Shown one piece after another: positions 53,664 to 64,000 of a stretch of 64,000 nucleotides of DNA. Numbering within the stretch: the stretch's first letter is position 1; every line of letters starts with the position of its first letter. Source of the DNA: Octopus sinensis (lineage: Eukaryota); assembly GCF_006345805.1 (NCBI RefSeq), contig NC_043009.1, forward strand, positions 58,156,001 through 58,220,000, written 5' to 3'. A program made the position numbers and the translations under genes. A model generated the notes under the pieces. The model did no database searches, was not told the origin of the DNA, and was given only the letters and a program-made list of their open reading frames with translations.

Positions 53664-53769
53664 ATTTCTTATACGATGCACCGTTTCATCTACTGTTTAA
53701 TGGTAAACTAACCTGATTAAATTAAATCAAGCCAATCTTCCATAGGCCTTAGAATCATCAGTAAGAAAT
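53664..53769 (-). ncRNA. Type I hammerhead ribozyme, array unit 1
   Basis: ATTTCTTA-CTGATGA-[67 nt: T-TCTA...TAGA-T]-GAAA-CGGTGCATCG-TA-TAAGAAAT; predicted cleavage between 53672 and 53671. Confidence 0.85.
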
Positions 53770-54147
53770 AGCCAAGTCGGAACAGATTTTTCACGAGGCA
53801 CTTCCGACCCTGCCTCGGCAATATCTGACCTAAAATTTTCAAATCATCGCACTCGCGCCAAATTATCGGCAGCAAATAAATATAAGCCGCCGATTCCATT
53901 ACGGAATTAACCAGACAATTCATAATTAATCATATAGGGTGGCAAAAAATTTTGTAGAAATTTTTTGCCACCAGCGGCCTAGTGGGAAAAAATTAAATAG
54001 TCATAGACCATTTTTAAGTTCAACATCACAATCAAGGAACGGCCATAATAGGCCATTCACCCACTAGAAATAACAGCCAAAAGCTTCAACCGCAAAATAA
54101 CATCAATTCCGTAAACCAGGAGAAAATTAAAAAACATTTACCCTGTA

Positions 54148-54254
54148 ATTTCTTATACGATGCACCGTTTCATCTACTGTTTAATGGTAAACTAACCTGA
54201 TTAAATTAAATCAAGCCAATCTTCCATAGGCCCTTAGAATCATCAGTAAGAAAT
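54148..54254 (-). ncRNA. Type I hammerhead ribozyme, array unit 2
   Basis: Same motif, 68-nt stem II domain; cleavage 54156/54155. Confidence 0.85.
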
Positions 54255-54632
54255 AACCAAGTCGGAACAGATATTTTCACGAGGCATTTCCGACCCTGCC
54301 TCGGCAATATCTGACCTAAAATTTTCAAATCATCGCACTCGCGCCAATTATCGGCAGCAAATAAATATAAGCCGCCGATTCCATTACGGAATTAACCAGA
54401 AAATTCATAATTAATCAATATAGGGTGGCAAAAAATTTTGTAGAATTTTTTTGCCACCAGCGGCCTAGTGGGAAAAAATTAAATAGTCATAGACCATTTT
54501 TAAGTTCAACATCACAATCAAGAACGGCCATAATAGGCCATTCACCCACTAGAAATAACAGCCAAAAGCTTCAACCGCAAAATAACATCAATTCCGTAAA
54601 CCAGGAGAAAATTAAAAACCATTTACCCTGTA

Positions 54633-54738
54633 ATTTCTTATACGATGCACCGTTTCATCTACTGTTTAATGGTAAACTAACCTGATTAAATTAAATAAGC
54701 CAATCTTCCATAGGCCCTTAGAATCATCAGTAAGAAAC
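54633..54738 (-). ncRNA. Type I hammerhead ribozyme, array unit 3
   Basis: Core intact; 7-bp stem I; cleavage 54641/54640. Confidence 0.82.
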
Positions 54739-55113
54739 CAAGTCGGAACAGATATTTTCACGAGGCATTTCCGACCCTGCCTCGGCAATATCTGACCTAA
54801 AATTTTCAAATCATCGCACTCGCGCCAAATTTATCGGCAGCAAATAATATAAGCCGCCGATTCCATTACGGAATTAAACAGACAATTCATAATTAATCAA
54901 TATAGGGTGGCAAAAATTTTGTAGAATTTTTTTGCCACCAGCGGCCTAGTGGGAAAAAATTAAATAGTCATAGACCATTTTTAAGTTCAACATCACAATC
55001 AAGGAACGGCCATATAGGCCATTCACCCACTAGAAATAACAGCCAAAAGCTTCAACCGCAAAATAACATCAATTCCGTAAACCAGGAGAAAATTAAAAAC
55101 CATTTACCCTGTA

Positions 55114-55220
55114 ATTTCTTATACGATGCACCGTTTCAACTACTGTTTAATGGTAAACTAACCTGATTAAATTAAATCAAGCCAATCTTCCATAGGCCCT
55201 TAGAATCATCAGTAAGAAAT
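55114..55220 (-). ncRNA. Type I hammerhead ribozyme, array unit 4
   Basis: Core intact; one basal stem II pair lost (TAGTT before GAAA); cleavage 55122/55121. Confidence 0.8.
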
Positions 55221-55476
55221 AGCCAAGGCAGAACAGATATTTTCACGAGGCACTTCCGACCCTGCCTCGGCAATATCTGACCTAAAATTTTCAAATCATC
55301 GCACTCGCGCCAATTTATCGGCAGCAAAATAAATATAAGCCGCCGATTCCATTACGGAATTAACCAGAAAATTCATAATAATCAATATAGGGTGGCAAAA
55401 ATTTTGTAGAATTTTTTGCCACCAGCGGCCTAGTGGGAAAAATTAAATAGTCATAGACCATTTTTAAGTTCAACAT

Positions 55477-55537
<61 letters not shown>

Positions 55538-55615
55538 TACAGGTATATATATGCACATGCATACATATATATCTATATATCTGTGTGCGTGTGTATATAT
55601 AGATAGATAAATATA

Positions 55616-55930
55616 CAGTGTGGGGAAGCAAAACTTGGAAACCTTCCTTTTCAGAAATTCCTGATCGTAAATACTAAAATATTTTTTTCTATTTCAGGGT
55701 GAAGGTATAAAGAGTTAATCTAAACAGAAGTTCCAGTCATACGATCTTCCATGTTCACTCAAAAAGCCCCAAAACAACGCATTGCAGATTTGCTTCGTAG
55801 CACAGTTGCAATTAGACGTATTGCTGAGTTGTCGAGGCTTCTGTGGGCACTGTCTACAATTTTAAGAACCGAATGCTGGATATAGGAGGCATCAAGAGAA
55901 AGCAAGGAAGTGGATGCATAAAGTCGAGTT
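55616..55930 (+). mobile_element. Tc1/mariner-superfamily left end with transposase N-terminal HTH remnant
   Basis: TA-CAGTG start; MFTQKAPKQRIADLLRSTVAIRRIAE..(fs) TVYNFKNRM..GGIKRKQGSG from 55751; no right TIR found. Confidence 0.55.
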
Positions 55931-56588
55931 TGACGAGTTCCCACCGGTCCGGGAATTAGACGATTTGAAACCCTGTAGGAACTTTTAAAAGCAAGTGAGT
56001 AAAACTTGTATTTCGTAACAAAAGAAAAAAAAAAGAAAGAAGAGAGACTGTTAAAAATTTTAAAGGAAAAAAAAAAAAGAAAGATCCAAAAAAATATAGA
56101 AACAAGAAAAAACTGTAATAACGTTTAATTGTAAAAAAAGAAATCAAGGTTTCGTCTCGGAGCGGGACCGAGAAAACCGTATCATATTCATTGTAATTTA
56201 ATTCATTTTACATTCATTCTTTCATGTGCTTTCGTTCGCGCATGTCCTGTGTTGTCCCTTCTGTGTTCAGGCCTTGTGCCTCTAATAAAGGATTAAACTA
56301 GGATTGTAACTTTTCTGCGTTCGCCTGCTGCTGCTTTGTGAGTTTATTTGGTTAATGTATTTTTGTTGTTAATTGTATGCTAAAGTTGTTACGCGCTTGT
56401 GGGAATCGAACTGTTGTCGTCGTTGTAACGGACATTTTCGCCCTTTGGGGCAGAAAACTAATCACTGCATAACTTATTGAGCTGTTTTTGTGTTTCGTTT
56501 TTACCTGTCGCAGGTTAAAAAATTAATTTTTGTCATTGTGACAAAACTAATTGCTTTTTTTTTGTGTATTCGAAGGCCATTTGCAAAA

Positions 56589-56976
56589 ATGGATTTAAAA
56601 TTATTGTCGAAAGTCGACTTTCTGTTCTTAGAGGAGGATTTCCCGGCCATAAAAGAAAGTAACCGAGTCTGTAACCAGGAAGGGAAGGAAAAGCCAAGTT
56701 TTTTCTGCTGCCGTCGGTGGCAATTTCAGTGAATTGGATGTATCTAAGGAATATTTATTTAAGTTTCGAAACCTGATAAAGAAAAGTGGAAACGAAACCA
56801 AGCTTCTGCCAGCACAGGACATGATACAAAGTCTTAGTGCCAGAACGGTAGTATATAAAATATACAACCGTAAAGAAAAAAGAATTATGTCAGTGAAGAA
56901 CGAGGTTGTAGAGAAGTGCCTCGCCCCCATATGGGGAAAAATTACCTATGTCGGGCAAGGACCAAGAATCTATTGA
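56589..56976 (+). pseudogene. Possible LINE (Tx1/L1-like) ORF1 N-terminal fragment with one frameshift
   Basis: MDLKLLSKVDFLFLEEDFP...KPS(fs)FSAAVGGNFSELDVSKEY...LAPIWGKITYVGQG; a SFAAAV-like motif is common in Tx1/L1 ORF1; family assignment is weak. Confidence 0.35.
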
Positions 56977-57279
56977 AGAGCAATTGGATCTTTTCGGTTT
57001 GAACGGCAGTTTGTAACATAATTTCTAGGTAACTAAAAAATTTTAAACTTCGTATACTGGTAGAATGTGTTTATAAAACATCATTTTCTCTTGGCTTTAT
57101 TGAGAAAATTCTATAGTTTGTAACATATTTCGTCTTTAATTTCTTGCATTTCTGCAATTTTAACCAATCAATTACCTCCGTTTAGGTAAACAACATTTTG
57201 TGTCGTATGAATATGTCCCTCGTTTAAGAAACAGATTGGGTTTATTTACAATTGTGAAGAAAAAAGATACCCTTACCCT

Positions 57280-57455
57280 AAATCTAACATAGATTGAAAT
57301 GCAATAGATCGATACTCGGGTCATAATTATGGGTGACAATTTCATAGGACACCGCTTGAAAAAACTCCCATTTTCTCTAGCGGTGTCAAATGAAATTGTC
57401 ACCCATAATTATAACCCCAGTATCGATCTATTGCATTGCAATCTATTTTAGATTT
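57280..57455. mobile_element. Palindromic MITE (~176 bp)
   Basis: Arms aatgcaatagatcgatact..ggtcataattatgggtgacaatttcat..gacaccgct mirrored around a ~22-nt loop. Confidence 0.85.
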
Positions 57456-57720
57456 GTGGCCAATAAAGTAATATAAATTACCATCTGTGGTAGAATTTGA
57501 AGAGGTAATGACTTTTGTGTTATAAATACGATATCAACCGAATTGTAAAAACAGTAAAATGCAACTTTCTACTTTGGGGAGTTGGAAGCCATTTCATTAC
57601 CATAATTTTTCACACCTCATAATTCACTCGTTAATCCTTCTATTTACCCACGCTTGTCCTTGTAATGTCCTTTCTATATAAGGCTTTATGCCTATAATAA
57701 AGGGAAAAACCGGTGATTGG

Positions 57721-57765
57721 CACACGCTGATGTCGGGTCAATACTCAGAAACCGGAGTCCGTGTG
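57721..57765 (+). ncRNA. Orphan type I hammerhead motif, probably decayed (A9U)
   Basis: CACACG-CTGATGT-C-GGGT-caat-ACTC-A-GAAA-CCGGAG-TC-CGTGTG: perfect 6-bp stem I, GUC site. Confidence 0.55.
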
Positions 57766-57934
57766 TATCACGTCAGGCTGGAGATGGGAACGATGACTTC
57801 CTTTTGCAAATACTAATAGGGCACAGAAAGTGTGTCAATAGGCAGCTGGAGGAGGCGTCTTCCTGGGGCTACAAGCTACAGTAGCATCCACCCTTAAGGG
57901 ATAGCCACATTTAAATGGCAAATATACTTCACGG

Positions 57935-57985
<51 letters not shown>

Positions 57986-58969
57986 ATACACATCAACAGG
58001 GTATGTATGCATGTGTATGTATATGTGAGTGTGTGCGTTTGTATGTGCTTATGTATACGTGAAGATTTGTACGTTTGTTTTATATATGACTTATATATCT
58101 GCATATACACATACATACTTCTGGAAAGTTTTACAAATTTTTCAGTTCTAGTGATGGATTGGATCTATAGTCTTCGAATCAGCATTCTCCTTGTGGGTTT
58201 TGGGGAGACTAATTCCTCGATATTGTTATTTAGGTAGTGTATTACATATCCCAGGGCCTCAATTATTACAATTATAAAGCTGAACTCGTAATCTGCATTG
58301 AGGAACTGAAGATTTCTCAGATTGTATGCACGTATGTACGTATGTATGTATGTGTGTATGTATGTATGTATGTATGTATGTATTTGTATGAATGCATGTG
58401 TATATGTGTGCGTGGGTATCTTTGAGCATGTATATGCTTATGTAGATGTGTGATTGTATGTGTGTAATCCTTTCTCAACCTTGGAACGTTATTCCGCTGA
58501 CGATAATCAACAAAACACCAAAGAAATGTCACATTTCTCATCATTTTCACTTTTTCCTCTTGGTTCTATTTGGCCGTCCATTTTTGTTTATCTTCTTAGT
58601 TATTCCCCAATCTCTGTTGCGCATTTGTTTTTTTTTTTCTTATTCATTTTAAAATTCTCTTCTCATTTCTTCCAGCCTCCTACCTCAACCATTGTACATT
58701 CAATTCGTTTCCTTATTATTTTCTTTTAATTTCGTTCACGCTTAGAAATACATTCAGTCGTCATATGCATTTATTTATTCAAATATTAGAAGATTAGCTT
58801 TTTCTTTTTTTATAAAACTCAATTTCATCAAATATTGATAAGGATATCAGAAATGGAATAAAGATTGAATAAGAGGCAACGCGAAAATCGGAATAAACAA
58901 CTGAAAAAACGCAGTTCCATTTTTGATGTAGCATAATTAACTCTATTTATTGTGTACGTTTTGGCTGCG

Positions 58970-59123
58970 GCTTTGGTTGTGTGCTAAGAATTTTGCTTAC
59001 AAACAACCTGGTTACAGGTTCAGTCCCATTGCGTGGCTCCTTGGGCAGATGTGTTCTCGTAGCCTTGCACGGACCGAGGCCGTCTAAATGGGTTTCGTAC
59101 AGGGAAACTGAAAATAGCCAGTC

Positions 59124-59126
<3 letters not shown>
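58970..59126 (+). mobile_element. SINE family B, degenerate 5' half
   Basis: ggttcagtcccattgcgtggctccttgggcag...ggaaactgaaa. Confidence 0.7.
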
Positions 59127-60003
<877 letters not shown>

Positions 60004-60009
60004 GCTCAC

Positions 60010-61640
60010 GTGTCTGCCAACTTTGTCATGGCGTGCTTGGAAGTCTAAATATACGAGCACGCTAGACTGAAATTTGGAAACAACTTCCAAAAATACTCAC
60101 CAACTGGAAACACTACCTGGATGACTGTTTCATAACAGTCTCATAAACATGAACAATTCTCAAAATTTAAATTCTTAATCAACAGTAATAACCAGAATAA
60201 CCATTTGCTACCCATAACATACTAAAATAAATACACCGTTCACCTTCCGAAGCCCGAGAAAAGCGACTCAAAGAATTTAAAAATACATTACTAGATAGAA
60301 AATACCTGACCAGTCTAATAAAAAATGGAATAGAACGCGCCAAATTGCCCACCAAAAATACAATCCCACATGTCAAAACATGCAACTGCCCTAACTGCAG
60401 AACTTGCATCTTCTTCTTAGAGGGCCCAACATACAAATTTCAGTCAGGTCAAAATTTTACCATAAAATATGACTTCACCTATGCTTCGAAGAACTTAATC
60501 TATGTTCTCAGATGTGGAGGTTGTAGCGGTGACTACATTGGTCAAACTAGCTTAACTTTGAGGGATAGGCTTACGGTACACAGGCAACAAATCCGGGACC
60601 CCACCACTAGGAGAATTCCCGTAAGCAAGCACCTAGACCAATGCCCCGCAGACAGAAACACTAAATTTCAAATATTCCTTTCTATCAATGCACTGGAAAC
60701 ACTTCAACCCAAATCTGTTTAAATAAGGAAAGCATACTGATTTAAAAATATAAACCACAGCTGAATATCGTTTAGAAAGAAGAAAAAGCAGTAAAAAGAA
60801 TAGAAAAAAAGATTCAATTCCAATAAAAAAAACAAAGGAGAACAGAAAATTTGTTTTGAAATCTTTAGTAACAATCTTCCATCCGGTTTCTGAAACCGCA
60901 ACTCCAAATCATCACACAAACACCAGTTGACGATGTCACCTACTTCTAGTCCAATGAAATTCTACAAACACCAGACCAATTAAAACCGAACTTAAACAAA
61001 AACAACGAAATGACCCTTTAAGAGAACCAACGAACCAGAACGACTTATGACCGTCTCCACAGGGAAACCAACCAAACATAACGACAAGCTTGACCACGGA
61101 ACAAAAAGCGTCACCAGTATTTTAACGAATCAAACATTAGATCTGCTCGCGTAAAAAATTATAAATACATCTGGTCCCACTACAAATAAAAGCGTCTACT
61201 AGAAGAGGATCAAAGAAACTGTAAACCAAATACCTTTTTTTAATATTTTCATTTTACCCTTGTTTTTTTCAGTATGACTTGCCGACCACCACTAATTTTA
61301 ATGAACTTTGTACTTTCAAACAAATTGATATTCAGTTTTAATATTATTGACTACTATGAACATTCAAACTTACACCTGTCCTCCAAATTCACAATGCTAA
61401 ATTTATCTGTTTTGAACGTGTTAATTTATCAACATCGAAACATTTAAAGATGTTTTTCTAATTCATAGTTTTAAACTTTTACTATTGATAAACAACATGT
61501 TTTTCAAATTCATAACTTTACACTTTTACCATTGATAAACAAAAAGATATTGTTGAAACTAGTTTGGTATATATGTAAATAAATGTATTTTAAAAATTTA
61601 CGGGTTTTTAAATTTAGGTGCATTTTCAACAACGTATTTT
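60010..61640 (+). mobile_element. Internally deleted Penelope-like element: RT fragments, GIY-YIG, 3' UTR/pLTR with hammerhead
   Basis: [20 protein letters not shown] (YLDD 60114-60125), CNCPNCRTC, KNLIYVLRCGGCSGDYIGQT..LRDRLTVHRQQIRDP...HLDQC, KYKPQLN. Confidence 0.9.
61527..61569 (+). ncRNA. Minimal type I hammerhead variant (U3-A8)
   Basis: TACCA-TTGATAA-ACAA-aaagata-TTGT-T-GAAA-CTAG-TT-TGGTA: perfect 5-bp stem I, palindromic CTAG, GUU site. Confidence 0.7.
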
Positions 61641-61645
61641 CACAC

Positions 61646-61690
<45 letters not shown>

Positions 61691-62083
61691 TACATAATAT
61701 AAATTAAAAAAATATATATGCATATATACATATATACATGTGTTCGCTACATTACTTCTTCTGGACTAATGGCCCTGCATGTTTGTTTTCGTTTGGTTAG
61801 TTATATGTCTCTACTGTCAGGTTTTTCTTACCAACTTTGACCCTCTACAAATCCCGAATTTTATTTTGGTTCGGGGGAGCAACTGTTTTTCGAAACCTTA
61901 TTTGGACGTCAATTGCTCCAAATGTGGTGTAGATGAACGACCGACAATTGATGAAGGGTCGCTCTTTATGTTACTTGTCTCGTTTTCTATTTGCTTCTCT
62001 CATTGTTCGCATACCCAAATTTGTCTTCGTATTTCATGTTGTTTACGTTTTGTGACGTCCTATACACATATATACATATATGC

Positions 62084-62116
<33 letters not shown>

Positions 62117-62130
62117 ATTATATATATATA

Positions 62131-63119
62131 CACACATAGGTATGTACATATATGTATATATGCATATATATATGTTTTGTGTCTGTCTTTGTTACCCCAT
62201 CGCTTGACAACTGATGCTGGTGTGTTTAACTAGTGGTTCGGCAAAATTGACCGATAAAATAAGTACCAGCCTTTCAAAGAAGTCCTGGAACCCCGGCACG
62301 GCCACAGTCAAATGACTGAGACAAGTAAAAGAGTAAGCAGGTCGTTATACCAGAGAGATCCGCTGATATGCCCAGCCTTGGCGTGAGACAAGAAAATAAA
62401 TACCTCCACCAACGTCTGCACGATATGTATTTGAAGTCCGAGTGAAACGTATATTATTGGTATCATATATCTGTAATGTGGCTAGTGTGTAATGGCCGCA
62501 AGTAAACGACCATTGACTACTTAGTCTCCTAACCGACCAGACCAGCTGAGACAAGACATTCGCAACGTGATTTCAAAGAATCAAAAGAACTGATCGCATC
62601 TCATTATCAAAGTTAGCTTCTGGCGAAACATATTTAAGTGGAAATAAAGCTGAAGCATCTGAACTTTCATTGTATAAAAAATTCAGATTGGTCTGGGTGT
62701 ATATAAGAAAGACAATATATATATATATATTATATATTTATAGATTTGTTTTTCATGTAATCTATGTGAGTTTACTTCTGCGTATACATGTGTATATGTG
62801 TGTGTGTGTAAATGTCTTTGTATACTTGTGGAGGTCATGTGCGAACTTTATTCCTTACAGTAATATCAATTCTATTATTGGATGTTGTAAAAGATTTGGA
62901 TAAACCTCTGTTTCGTGAAAAAGAAAGTGAAAGAAAAGAAGACAAAAAACCGGCAGATAAAATAACCGAAAAGAAAAAAAGCAAATTTGAAAAATAAATG
63001 TTTATCGATAGAAAAAGTCTGCACCAGCCGAATGTTTACCATAATTTCATAATTCAATTGACAATTCTTTGGTAAATAACAGAAACATACAAACTTACAA
63101 ATATGACAAGGGAAACAGA

Positions 63120-63152
<33 letters not shown>

Positions 63153-64000
63153 TTACGCACCTACATATATCTGTTTTTCTTCGTGTATATATATATATAT
63201 ATATTTGGTTTCCATTGTGCATTTTCACTTATTTTTCTTATTTAATTAGTTACCCCTTAGATTTACACGTGTAGTTTCTTTTTCTTTTTGTAACATATTT
63301 CTATTATATATATATTTATATATATATACACACATAGGTATGTACATATATGTATATATGCATATATATATGTTTTGTGTCTGTCTTTGTTACCCCATCG
63401 CTTGACAACTGATGCTGGTGTGTTTAACTAGTGGTTCGGCAAAATTGACCGATAAAATAAGTACCAGCCTTTCAAAGAAGTCCTGGAACCCCGGCACGGC
63501 CACAGTCAAATGACTGAGACAAGTAAAAGAGTAAGCAGGTCGTTATACCAGAGAGATCCGCTGATATGCCCAGCCTTGGCGTGAGACAAGAAAATAAATA
63601 CCTCCACCAACGTCTGCACGATATGTATTTGAAGTCCGAGTGAAACGTATATTATTGGTATCATATATCTGTAATGTGGCTAGTGTGTAATGGCCGCAAG
63701 TAAACGACCATTGACTACTTAGTCTCCTAACCGACCAGACCAGCTGAGACAAGACATTCGCAACGTGATTTCAAAGAATCAAAAGAACTGATCGCATCTC
63801 ATTATCAAAGTTAGCTTCTGGCGAAACATATTTAAGTGGAAATAAAGCTGAAGCATCTGAACTTTCATTGTATAAAAAATTCAGATTGGTCTGGGTGTAT
63901 ATAAGAAAGACAATATATATATATATATATTTATAGATTTGTTTTTCATGTAATCTATGTGAGTTTACTTCTGCGTATACATGTGTATATGTGTGTGTGT
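62131..64000. repeat. Direct duplication with 1198-bp offset (62131-~62808 matches 63329-64000), including a SINE-B 3' half; runs off the window
   Basis: Identical 69-aa ORFs at 62345-62554 and 63543-63752; identical by eye except microsatellite length. Confidence 0.93.

Larger units (their letters stand above)
53543..55480 (-). mobile_element. Tandem array of four ~483-bp hammerhead-containing units (non-LTR retrozyme-like or non-autonomous PLE-derived)
   Basis: Units start at 53543, 54026, 54512 and 54993 (483/486/481/483 bp) plus a terminal tcaca; flanked by (TA)n; one hammerhead per unit on the minus strand; no conserved ORF. Confidence 0.88.

Noticed and set aside
54424-54470. Helitron interpretation of the array (hairpin followed by CTAG-T)
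   Set aside because: Array ends do not coincide with CTAG or an A/TC start, and the conserved hammerhead explains the unit better. Not fully excluded without genome-wide end mapping.
53543-55480. CRISPR array, plus-strand second ribozyme, or coding repeat
   Set aside because: There are no unique spacers; the plus strand has no complete core (CTGATTA only, with no matching GAAA or stems); short ORFs differ between units.

Overview
AT-rich, microsatellite-dense eukaryotic non-coding DNA. The SINE families and the (TA)n/(TATC)n/(TAA)n content point to an octopus (coleoid cephalopod) genome, which is an inference from recalled sequence similarity. I found no host protein-coding exon, rRNA, true tRNA or CRISPR array, and nearly all ORFs in the supplied track are microsatellite or repeat artefacts. 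The window is a mosaic of four tRNA-type SINE families (my labels A-D), remnants of at least 7 Penelope-like elements (PLEs; RT and/or GIY-YIG motifs), CR1, Dong/R4-like and Tx1/L1-like LINE fragments, mariner/Tc1/hAT/piggyBac derivatives and several foldback elements. Main discovery: a head-to-tail array of four ~483-bp units (53543-55480) embedded in (TA)n. Each unit encodes, on the minus strand, a complete type I hammerhead ribozyme motif: 8-bp stem I, CUGAUGA core, an unusual 67-68 nt stem II domain, GAAA, a self-complementary stem III and a GUA site. This looks like a non-LTR retrozyme-like element predicted to release 481-485 nt monomers or circRNAs. Seven further minimal hammerhead motifs, six of them in or resembling PLE 3' ends, include compensatory changes of the 3:8 core pair (C3-G8, A3-U8 twice, U3-A8). 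All ribozyme calls are manual motif and pairing matches and are untested for activity.
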